Below, piece by piece: positions 10,901 through 21,690 of a stretch of DNA of 64,000 nt. The stretch spans positions 40,052,001-40,116,000 of the forward strand of contig CM060733.1 in the NCBI GenBank assembly GCA_030704615.1, in the 5' to 3' direction. The notes under the pieces were generated by a model. It searched no databases. It was not told where the DNA came from and saw only the letters and a program-made list of their open reading frames with translations. Position numbers and translations under genes: made by a program. Each line of letters begins with the position of its first letter. Position 1 is the stretch's first letter. This DNA comes from Takakia lepidozioides (lineage: Eukaryota > Plantae > Bryophyta).

Positions 10901-13900
10901 CATACTGGAAACTCTACTGCACTTTTTGGGAAATAATTTGGTTTCATAAGGATTGTAATCATAGATCCAAATTGAATGTCGTTGACAACATTCACTACTG
11001 TGTCTGAGTCATTCTTAAGCGAGAATTTGAATTCACCTGGATTAGGAGCTTAGGGTGTAATTATAGTGTCCCTGATTAGAATTGATAATGTCCCTGAATG
11101 GCGTTGACGACATTCATATCCAGAGTTGTTGAGAGGTCCTCAGAGTTATGTAAGTTTTTGTAATGTCCATAAAGTTTACAGTGAGGGTTCTTCACTTCAG
11201 TTTGCTGAATGTCAATGCAGACATTCAGTTGTTCTGCATTGCTTTTGCCTCTTGCGAGAAATCTTGAGGCTTGATTAGCTGTGTTATCAGAGATCCAAAG
11301 TGAATGTCGTTGACGACATTCACTTCTATGTCTGTGTCATTCACCAGCGACAATTTGAATTTACATGGATTGGGAGCTAATTAATTGGTTCCTTGTTCGC
11401 CATTTTGTGAATGGCGTTGACGCCATTCACATCCAGTGTTATTATGAGGTCAATGTTATGTTCGTTATGAATGTCCATTGAGTTTTTGGGGAGGGTTCCT
11501 TAGTCGAGTTTCTGATTTCCATCCAATGATTTTGCCTCTTTTGAGAAATCATTAGGCTTGATTAGCAGTGTATTCACAAATCCAAAGTGAATGTCGTTGA
11601 CGACATTCACTTCTATGTCTGTGTCATTCCAAAGCGAGAGTTTGCATTCACGTGGATTAGGGTGTATTTACAGTATCATTGAATGGAATGTTTTGAATGG
11701 CGTTGACGACATTCACATCCGGAGCTGTCGTGTGGTCCTGAAAGGTCCTTGGAGCATTTCTCAGAGCCATTTCATTCCATGTTTTTTTCATTTTGTGCTA
11801 CTTGCATCTTATTCACTTCGCGCTTTGGTGGGTTGGGATTTATTTCCTGTTTAACAGGTACACGAAATATGTGCTTATGGAAGGAAATCACCTGAGCGGT
11901 ATTCCAGACTATCTTGACATGTGGTCGGACCCTGCAAACGATCCAACCATGTATACTGCAGGGATATTGAAGGACTGGAGTCCTTCTCACTTCAGAGACT
12001 GTGGCTGGTACCTTGACTGCCCACCGGAGCACACGACCTTTCAAGAACAACATATGAAATATTTGAACAATAATGCTGAGATGTTGGCGCCTCTGACTGA
12101 CGAAGAGTACCAAAGAAACATAGCAACATTGGCTGCCAAGGAGCCTGATGCTCAGGGAACGCCGCAGAAGGGAAAGAAGGCGGGCCGCAAACCAAAAGAC
12201 AAGGCTCTTGATGTCATAGCCATCTCACCAGCAAAGCCAAAGGACAAAGACAAGTCCAAAGAGAAGGAAAAGGACAAGGGGAAGGAGAAAGAAAAGGAGA
12301 TGGAGAGTGGGCAGGACTTCACTGCTGGAAGATATACCCGCACAGTTCAGTGCGTGTTCGATGCCAAGCCACACCCTTCCCGTTCTGATTCGGCAGGAGA
12401 GATTAAAATTGTCAATGAGGGTTGGCTGTCGATGATGCAGAGTCGAAAGAGAGGATACACTGGGGTGTCTTCGCCTACCTGGGACAACATAATCTCATTC
12501 CTCAATCTGGTGAGAATTCTTGTTTCTTTCCTTTTTCTCTGAAAGTTTCATTGGCAGTATTTCAGTCTGGTTCTTTGAAAACATTCTTGCCATCGTTCTT
12601 AAAAAAAACATGTCTGTTGCAGGTGAGCATAGGTCCCACCTTCGTGTGCGGTGTGCAGAAAATATATGCGGCTGACATTGTCATTCTCGACATCCCGGAT
12701 GGCCATGCTGTGCCAGAAGTTCTTCCAAAGGGCAAGACGCCAGGCTGGAACAAATTCGAGGACAACTACTGGAGTTGGGTGTTCGGGTTCTGTAATAATT
12801 TCCTCTCTGATGCAGGGACACTTCTGTTTTTTCAGTCATGTGACAAAGATAGTCGTCGGGCATTGGCATCATACCTGAAGTCTTCAGGGTTTGAAGTTTT
12901 GCGCACATGGAATTGTGTGAATAGCCTCTACCTTGTGAAAGGGGGTTTCCCTGATCAACTGGTATGCCGTCTCCCTTCTGCTTGTGCTTTCATGATGAGT
13001 TTCAATGTTCTCTGCAGCTCTACTCTATAAGAATCTGTCATGATCGACACCGATCATCACCGATTCGTGATAAAAATGATTGTTTTGTGCTTGAGTTTTG
13101 AATAGCCGATGGACACACTTCCACTATAGATTGTGTTTATCACACTAACCTGCTATCTTTGGCAGACGAGGATGTTCGAGGCGATCTGCCTGCGGAGGAT
13201 TCGCACCTCCAAGACATCATTCTCCATCCGCAGCTTTGAGATTTCTGACCAGGGTTGTTTCGTCAACCCCCCCTATGAGCCGCATGTCGATGACATTTTG
13301 TACAACTTCATGCAGTCCAGTCAGACTCTAAAAAGACCAGATGGCACTCCCTGGAGAGGTGCAAAGGAAAAATCCCCAACGTTCATGCAAATACTGCTGG
13401 AGTCATACAGTCACCACTCTGCACGGGTTGATCTTTCTGTGTCCACATGTTCGTTCTCTCTCTTCCGAATTGATTTTCTTTCACCAGTTCCATCTGCTTA
13501 AATCCCCCCCACCAAACTGTTCATGTCCTCCTGTCTGGTGCAAGAGCAACTTACTATGCATGCAAGGCAGGCGGAAGAAGCCTTTTTGGCATGGAGGGCC
13601 TCTACAACACAGTGCTCCTCCCCCTTTTGTCTGGCTCCACTTCAGGCACACAGACTGATCGGATTCAAATTCAAAATGATGACGATCCCGAAGATAAGCA
13701 GGTCGACAACGACTTTTCTTGTGAGTAAGTGCTAAACCCACTTTGGGAGTCATACTCAATTTCTCAATAACATCAAAGTTACAGTAATAACTTTTTCAGG
13801 CTGTCTTTCAGGAAAGACAGCGGTGGATCTTCAGGAGATACAGTCATTTGTGGCGAGTCTGTTTTCGACAGCCCCCTTTCCAATTTTCTGCTTCCTGATT

Positions 13901-14058
13901 ATGCCGAAGCAATGGCACTTCACGCGGCCGAGTCCCTATTCCCTGAATTTTTACTGCCTAGCCGTAGGTGTAGCCAGCGTAGATCCGGAGTTCTTAAATA
14001 CTTAGACTTAGATGCAGAGGAAGTGGGGATACATTGTACTGACTCTGAGTTAGACTGA
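7997..14058 (+). pseudogene. Multi-exon cargo gene: ParB/Srx-like domain + unknown helical region + KE-rich linker + beta-class N6A/N4C DNA methyltransferase-like domain
   Basis: Approximate exons: 7997-8302, 9142-9770, 9865-10056, 10142-10579, 10665-10891, 11858-12509, 12623-12961, 13166-13448, 13544-13720, 13812-14058. ParB-like motifs VRPP...FYVWDGNHRLLA. MTase motifs ADIVILDIPDG, FLSDAGTLLFF, SGFEVLRTW, AKEKSP..MQILLES.S...RV(V)DLSVST(G) and, in the next exon, ATY.ACKA.GRSLFGME. In-frame stops at 9646 and 10376; donor at 10057 mutated. Confidence 0.8.
10960..11730. repeat. Intronic ~290-330-bp tandem triplication containing seven ~24-28-bp palindromes
   Basis: Units begin (G)ATCCAAA.TGAATG near 10964, 11292 and 11580. 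Palindromes at 10972, 11094, 11205, 11298, 11406, 11585 and 11693. Confidence 0.9.
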
Positions 14059-14179
14059 ACTATATTTTTTTACTATTCTGTTTCATCCTCTTTGGAAAAC
14101 GTTGAATCCCCTTCCTCCACCGTAGTTGTTCCTTTGGAAAGAAAAATAATCAAAGAATCAACTACCATTTAAATTGCAA

Positions 14180-14545
14180 TATGTATGAATCCATCTCACA
14201 AACCTCCCTCACTCTTGTCATATCCATTGTGCTTTCATCTACAGTGTATTCATGCGTGCTCCATTCATGAATGTTTTCCTTTGTTCAACATCCATTGTAC
14301 ATTCATCCTCTGTACTCTTTAATCCACCCCACAAACCTTCCACACTCATGTCACATATGTTGTGCATTCGTCTAAAGTTTTAGTCATGCATCTTCCTGTC
14401 ATGAATGTTTGTCATTGCTCAACATCCATTATACATTCATCCATTTGACTCTTATCCATCCCTCATTCATCCATCTACATTCATTTTTTACACTCATCCA
14501 TCTGTTGATCATCCAACTGTACATTCATCCATCCTTTATTCAATG
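14180..14545. repeat. Degenerate CATCCAT/TTCATC-rich subterminal repeat region of the MULE
   Basis: Dense, strand-biased CATCC/TTCAT motifs; mirrored at 54880-55240 in copy 2. Confidence 0.7.
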
Positions 14546-14755
14546 CTTTTTACTATGTCGTCCAGTTGTTTCCGCGGTAAAGGGTGCCAATCTGCGGGAA
14601 TACAGTCCACTTCTTCCTGGGCGCGTGGTGACGCGGTCTTCAAGTGTGATGACGTGGAGTGAGCCCCGTGATGTGGCATTGGCGCAAGGTGTCGTGGCGT
14701 GAGCGCAGTTGCGCTCACGCGCTCACGTGACAAGGCTCACGCCGAGGCATCCCTG

Positions 14756-15200
14756 CTCAACCTGCAGTACTCATCAACAGCATCGGCAGCTACTCCATAA
14801 GCGAGCATCCTTAATGCCACTGTGCATTTTTGGATACTCGACAAACCCAACAATTCACACCCATCTACCCTCTGCTTAAAATAAAGATCGTAGGCCACAA
14901 CAGAGTGCATAATCTTCAAGAAAAGATCCCTCCGTATCCTGAACGGACGGCGAAATGTCCTCTCATCGTACACAGGTTATTCAGAGAAGTAATCTCTTCA
15001 AATCCTCTCATGTCCAACGTGCCTCTCTCTATCAACATTAGCTGCTTTCCCTCGTCTCGATCCACGCCTAGCTTTAACCGTGCGCGAAGAATGATCACAA
15101 CTAGCAGTAGCAATAACACCCATGATGAAATCCTCATCATCATCTTCTAGCTCCCTCCTAATCACAGCTTGAATATCAATTCAGTTTGCACCTCCAAGCA
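14756..15200 (-). pseudogene. Harbinger DDE transposase, N-terminal half
   Basis: DYFSE*PVYDERTFRR...QKCTVALRMLAYGVAADAVDEYCRLS joins across the insertion to ES..VMEAMKRF near 3030. In-frame stops are present. Confidence 0.92.
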
Positions 15201-16984
15201 TCCATTGTATGTGTACACAAAGTGAATGTGTGAAAAAATTGTGAAAAAATTGTTTGAGATGAAGCGCTCTCGCAGCTTCTCCCTGAAGTGCTCTTGTAGC
15301 TTCCGCCACATGCTATTCCGTTGGGGTCGTCAGCGAGCCCGACGGCATATAGTGTTGGCTTTTCCGCGTCTGCGGTGGGTCGATGCATTGAGAGCGACGT
15401 AAAATAATATTTAGCGCACGAAATAGATGTCCCTATATAGAGCTTTACAGTTAAGTTTTCAGTGGATAGGGTGGAGATGCTCTAACTTCAATCCTTGAGA
15501 GTGACAAACTACATACCTTCATTACTGCACAAATTACACACGTCTAACAGGGTTTGTCATGCTGCACTCCATGCTGTGTCCACTTCACAACTTTCAAGAA
15601 CCGTGGGGTAGGTTAGGTTACAAGGTACAACCTGGTGAGGCAATCATGCGGCATGGCTGCAACGTCGATTCGGCATACGTGGCAGTAGTTTTCAACGTGT
15701 GTGTTGTGTCACCCTCACGGGTCCTTAGTCACATTCTTCACTATACAAAAGACACCAATGCTAATGTGTCAATAGTAGGCTGTAGAATACTAGCATTGGT
15801 GCAGGGAGGAACAGGGAAGTGAGAGAAGCAGGATGGGGAATATAAGAATTGGCTGGACAGAAAAAGATATGCGTGCGATAGGTAGGACCGTCCCGGAAGA
15901 TGACATGCACATGGGAGGTTGGACGAACCCTAATGTATTTGATTCCGTCTCCAATGGGACTCTGTTTGATCCCCCTTCCTTGGAACGTATGTAGCTTCTG
16001 TGTTTACAGTCCAACCGTGGCAGTCGTAGTGCCGCCGGGAAGCTGCCGATGCGGGCTTTCCAACGGATCCCTACAAGACGGGTAATTTGGCCAAGCCTGC
16101 TGTGTATGTGTGCTCCAAACAATGGCCACTAGAGTGGGATGAAGGTGAAGCAGCCATGGCTAGGAGACAAACAAGGAGGGTCGGCAGTCTATCCCAGGCC
16201 CTTGGAATGGCTCTATGAGCACTGGCGTGGAAATTGTGTGTGGACTTCCCTAGGCACAGCATTGTCAGACTACCAGCTATATTTACAAGCATTCACCATA
16301 GTCCAGACATACACCTCATGGGGGCAGGCCTCACGATTACTTGAAGAGGAAGGAGAGAGGGAGAGTATGAGAAACGTAAACAACCGAAAGAGAACTTGTA
16401 GTTGTGACGAGCTCGAGTGACAACTGTGCCAAAGAGGGGGTGAAGAAACCCGAGGTGGGGCTTAATGATATGGATGACTAGTGTATATATATATGCCTGT
16501 CGAGATACTGACGGTGACCAGCCAGGGCTTTGCAAGGTCGATCACTGTGAAGTGCATGCATGGCTATGGGTGTTTCTGTCACGGTCGATGCTGAGCACTG
16601 CGGATCATGATGCTGAGAATCTTGCAGCACAAGTTCAGCGATTATGCAGTCAATGGAGAGTCAATGGTGATTATATCACAACTACTCTGCAAATTTGCAG
16701 GGAGCCTTGTGAATCGGACACAATCTTCGTCTATTTTCTACCAGTATGCTTTCCCCTCCGTCGCTCGTGCCGGCATTACACATGGGAGGTCCCATTCATC
16801 CAGTGATTCTTAGCAGCTTGCATTGAAGTGGCACATGTATATGTTTGTCCACTTCTCAGTGTGTATGTGCTTCGTCGACTGTAGTTAATTTCCCTCTTTC
16901 CTCTCTCCCTGCACGAAAATTTCAGGCTGGAAGGACCATGGAAATGACTGACTACACTAGGTAATGCTGAAAAAGCTCATCAGA

Positions 16985-17135
16985 TGTCATAGAGTTCGCC
17001 GTAACTCCACATTCCAACGACTACCACAAGTGACCAATTTTATCAACCACGAAGTATATATTGCTACGTACTTCCATAGGATACGTTACACCATCATATA
17101 AAACCTCCAAGCCACAATCTTTAGGAAATCGACAT
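16985..17135 (-). pseudogene. Degenerate BTB/POZ paralog fragment
   Basis: KDCGLEVL.. aligns with KDHGLEVL.. of the BTB gene at 18.9-19.0 kb; the DNA blocks ACAAGTGAC..CAATTT..CAACCACGAAGTATA are shared. Confidence 0.55.
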
Positions 17136-18652
17136 CGCCTTTGCAATAGGGAAATTTTAAAACTACTCTGTAGAGCCAGCAGCAAAGCTAGCTGACAGCT
17201 CATCAGAAGATTATCCCAGGTCACTGTTCAATCTCATCACACGACCAGGGACCGCCCGTGCCTTCTCTCCGCTCATACAGGTACGTTCCTTGGTATTCTC
17301 TATTTCCAAATCTTGCTTCCCTTGGCTGACTCTCAGATCATTCACACGCTAATAAAAAAGTGACTGAAAAGCAAGCGGTCATTCTTTATTCAATTGATTG
17401 AAACTGCAAGATTTTGGGAAACTCAGTTGAAAACTCCGTAATCAAGTGACCATGTTCAGGCCACTATGTTCTTCTCCTGCTAGCCGCATTCTGTCACCCC
17501 TATTTCACTTCACTCCTTCCTCATAGTTTAATGTCCATATCTCTCTACTCTCCTGTCTGAAAACCAAAAGTATAAGAGAGCGGGCAGTGCGCAGCCCGAG
17601 CCTCAATGCCCCTTGGGAGACTGGCCGCTCATGCATGTCTAAGCGGGCTACGTAAACACACCTAACTACCTTTAGAACTCCAGAATGGCAGACACCAATG
17701 AAGCACACTTACAGTCCACCTCTGGACAAGAGAAGGCGGAGCTAATCCCTTGGATCATCACGATTAGCGGCGCCCTGTGAATATTTGATGCCCCAGGCTG
17801 TCCGATTTCCGCGGGGCAGAGTACTCACCCCCAGCAGTCCCCCCGTTTTTGTCAAGCAGCAGACTTGCGTTCCCCCTCACGACCTGCCGCCTTCACATAC
17901 ACAATATCATCACTTCCACCAGAAATTCCTCATAACAATCACAATTGTTTCTACCAGTTGTCACCCATTTTTGCTCTACACGCTCACTACTAAGAACCCC
18001 ACCTGCCCACTTGCAGGTCTCGGGGTGGACATGCTGAGGTTGAGGTTTGATCTCCTTCCTCTGCATTTGGTCACTCACATTCATCACCCAAGGGTGCCAC
18101 AGCATCCTGTCACATGCTCAAAACCTGTCCATGGTTGTTTAAGTGTTAAGTAGAAGTTCAATGAAGATGGTTAGTGGCTGCCTGCAGACAGTATTAAGAA
18201 GACGGACTTTGTTGCCATTTTTCAAGAGGAAGGGGCATGCATGCATAATCCACCTACATGGAAGTCAACAAGCTCCCTCGAGGGCTCATTACCGTGAACC
18301 ATGTGCTTGAACATGGGTTGTGAAGTAAGACTTGATTATCATTTTGTCTGCAGATTTAATTACGGACACATATTATTCAAATGAACAGTATTGAATCAGG
18401 CCATTGAACTCCAATCAGAGGTGAAGATTCTCGACAAGAGATGGTATGGCTCCGGCCATCGATCTGCTTATGACTCTATATCTACTCCTTTTCTACATGA
18501 AGGCTTCCGCTACTCCATGCACCCGAACCAATCAATCATTCTAGATTTGCTTCGCCACAAATCCTTAGATGTGGAACAGTGATTTCTTGAGTAAAGGGGA
18601 GGGAAGACCCTCACAGGAATGTCTGTCGACAGCAACCACTAGTCTGTAACTA

Positions 18653-19343
18653 CTAGGAAAGTTTACTGTGTGGTCGAAATGCTGGTGAAAGCCGTTGGAG
18701 TGACGTAGCAGCTTTGGAGGGTGAAACCTTGGGTGAAACCTCGGGTGATTCAATTGTTTGAGCAGCATATCTTATAACCTCACTGACAAGATTTGGCTTC
18801 CTCCCATTCAAGTCTGCATAACTCTCAGCCTGCAATACCTTGTAAAAATTACTACTTATGAAACCTGTGCAGTGCTTGAAAAGCTCCTCATCGTACAGAT
18901 CGCCGTACTCCAAATATTCCCAACAAGTGACAGGTAACCAATTTCTTCAACCACGAAGTATAATATTCCTTCATAGCATGAGTTATGTCGTACTTGTGTA
19001 TCAACATCAAAACCTCCAAACCATGATCTTTGAGACTTTGAGAATCGATGTTTCCCCCGTAGATAAAAATCAGAAATATCTCGAGAGCCTTTGCACTCGC
19101 ATCTGATATCTCCACCACCGATGTATGATGCTCTTTATAGTAATCCGTGGCAAACATAGCACGAAATACTGGCGACATGGTGGCCAAAATGTTGCGGTGG
19201 GCTGGAATGCTAAAGCCATCAGCAGACAGAATGTTGATGTCTGAGTGCAATCCCTCTTTAAGCAAACATTCAAGGTGCTTAACAACAAGGCTTGCTACTC
19301 CTCCTTCAAGGTAGACAGCAGCTTCTCTAGAAGTACTCATCAC
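18653..19343 (-). pseudogene. BTB/POZ-domain protein (BTB plus BACK-like helices), frameshifted
   Basis: HSDINILSADGFSIPAHRNILATMSPVFRAMF...VEISDAS..ALEIFLIFIY...HKYD; continues in another frame as EYGDLYDEELFKHC.GFISSNF. Confidence 0.8.
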
Positions 19344-20988
19344 TGGGTGTGATCGATTACTTTATATATACGCTTGCAACGTCGGAATAATGCCCGCAGC
19401 CCTTCCAGAATGCTCAAATGTTGGATGTAGATCTAGGCACGATTTTTTCACATTTGGCTACAATCTTTCATTACCTTCGGGCTATGGACTATATCACGTT
19501 CCTCCCTGGATGATCTGCCATAAACGACGGCAGGTCACTGTTATTCACAACGTGGATTATCAGGAAGACAGCTTTTTCTCTGAAGATTGCACTTGATCAT
19601 GTCTAGTATGCGTAAATTCCCACCATCACCAGAGAGTTCATCTAGGAGTCAGTGCTTAAGAAGCATCAAACAGCCGATAACATGGTTTGCTAAATTGGAG
19701 TGCTCAGCATGCATCAATCTAGGTTGACCAGAGCACGCGCACACCACCGGCAACTATGGCAATTTGTATACAAAGACTGAGTCCAGGCTGAGTTGCAGCT
19801 TAGTAGCGAACTGACCCACGAGAGTTTCTATTCAGGTGTAACGCTATGCTTTTGCACTCAACTTGCGGCTTAAGAAAGCAGCACTCTTGTTCACCGACCC
19901 ATGAAATCAGGAGATGACGAGAACTTGAAGACTGCAGGTTAAAAGTACATAGCCCAAAAGATCTGAGGTCAGCCCGTGATAGCATATTTGAAGCATGAGA
20001 CTGTACATGTAACAAGAAACAAACTGAGCCAAGTTGGCTAACTTCCCCCTTCTCCAAGATCTACCAGACCCCTATCCGAGGTCGCTTCTACCTCACGATC
20101 TTATGCTTATGGGTCTCTCACAACACTTCTATACAAGTCCTTCCGAAAGGCTTCCTCAAGGAGGAGTTTTCTTTCTTTTCCGGAGAAGGTACTCATTTAT
20201 TTTGAGCCTCTTTTCTTGGAACATATGTAACTTATCAAATCCTAACAATTGTAGTGCCACAAGGAAGGAAGCTGGGGATGCAGGCTTACCCATGGATCCC
20301 TACAAGACGGGTAATTTGGCCAAGCCTGCTATGCACGTGGGCTCCAAACAATGGCTGCTAGAGTGTCTGCAAGGTGAAGCAGCCATGACCAGGAGACAAA
20401 CAAGGAGAAGGAGAGGAGGGTGGCTAGCAATAGTTCTATGGCTGCCGTGGAGATTGTTTATCAACTTCCCCAGGCACGGCATTGTCAAACTACAGAATTA
20501 ATTACGCCTTCAACATACTCATACAGTGTTTTGTGGGAGGTCATCTGAGGCCACACTCACACATGGCACTAGAGCATCGTATGCTCCCTGTCCGTAAGGG
20601 TATTCCATTTCTAGAATGGACATAGATAACCCATGACAGTCTTCAAGGATCTGATACACCCTCATCCAGCTACATCAGGTAAAATGGTACGCATTCACTT
20701 TCTAGAACCCGCTGGATGCACAGACTCCAGCACACATATTTTACTTGCTTGTGGCAGCCTAAACACTACCTCTCGTCATATGTGCAAGGGCACAAAAAGT
20801 CCGTAGCCCATATATCCGAGAAGCCATCTGTGCTACCATTCTCAATGCTAAATATGTGACCAGCATGCATCTGCCCTCTCATTACTGTTTCTCTATTCCT
20901 GACTCAAGACCTCCTCAAGACCTTCTTCGGCATCTCACCATCAGCATATTATACCAGACTGAAGCTGTGAATTCTCATCACAGGACTA

Positions 20989-21690
20989 TTACCCACCCTT
21001 GCATCTCCGACAAATCAGCTGTGATGCCATTCTCAATGCTAAGTGTGTGCCGTGCATGCATCTGCCCTCTCCTTGTTCTCTACCTTCTTCGGCAGTGGGA
21101 CCACTACTGATTTTGCGGGGAACCTCTACAACTTGCTTCATCGTTGGTCGTTCTTGTCCGCGATGGGCCAAGCACGAAACTGCCAACTGTGCTACACACT
21201 CTATGGCGTCCAGGCTCACGGAACCGTCTTCCAGGAGCTTGGAGTCCACTATTGTGTGCATATTTCCCTGCTGTACTGCGGGAACCCAGTGCACTAAGTT
21301 TACACCCAAATCTTCTCTCGTGCCCAATGGTTTCTGAGAGGTGATCAACTCCAGCAACATCACACCAAAACTGTACACATCACTCTTGTCTGTCATTTGC
21401 CTGGTATAGATAGCCTCCGGGTCCATGTATCCGTTTGTCCCCGCAGGTTGTGTTGACATATGCGTCACATCGTTCTGGACCAGGAGAGAGATTCCAAAAT
21501 CCGAAACTTTCGCGGTAGACTTACCATCTAGGAGGAAGTTCGATGACTTGATATTTCTGTGAATAATAGACTCGGGAGACGCATGATTATGGAGGTAGGC
21601 CAAGGCCTCTGCAGTGTCAGTTGCAATTTGCAAGCGTTGGCTCCAATTCAATCGTCCCTCGTCCGAGTACTTTTCATGCAGGTGGTCAAT
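20989..21690 (-). pseudogene. Receptor-like kinase (WAK/LRK10L-like) C-lobe fragment
   Basis: LNWSQRLQIA..TAEALAYLH, IIHRNIKSSN (catalytic D changed to N), KVSDFG, GTNGYMDPE, TDKSDVYSFGV and RPTMKQV. No intact N-lobe is seen. Confidence 0.85.

Larger units (their letters stand above)
3038..14755. mobile_element. Mutator-like (MULE) transposon, copy 1, carrying a ParB-like + amino-DNA-methyltransferase cargo gene
   Basis: Flanked by the direct repeat CTCAACCTG (3029-3037 and 14756-14764; identity extends to 12 bp). Imperfect TIRs CAACGACGCAATGGCGTGAGC / CAGGGATGCCTCGGCGTGAGC. Removing the element rejoins the two Harbinger transposase halves. Encodes a MULE transposase. A second copy starts at 54651. 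Confidence 0.93.
1..15482. mobile_element. PIF/Harbinger DNA transposon (left end outside window), decayed, interrupted by a nested Mutator-like element
   Basis: Right end TGGAGATGCTC at 15472-15482 (reverse complement GAGCATCTCCA, a PIF/Tourist-type TIR) is followed by TAA, the typical target duplication. Convergent ORF1 (+) and DDE transposase (-). Confidence 0.88.

Noticed and set aside
12623-13720. C5-cytosine methyltransferase (DNMT) interpretation
   Set aside because: No PCQ or ENV motifs; the motif order (catalytic-type strand first, SAM-binding motif last) is that of beta-class amino-MTases.
7997-14058. Bacterial or phage contamination as the source of the ParB-MTase
   Set aside because: The gene has about nine spliceosomal introns and sits in a TSD-flanked element nested within plant transposons, in two copies.
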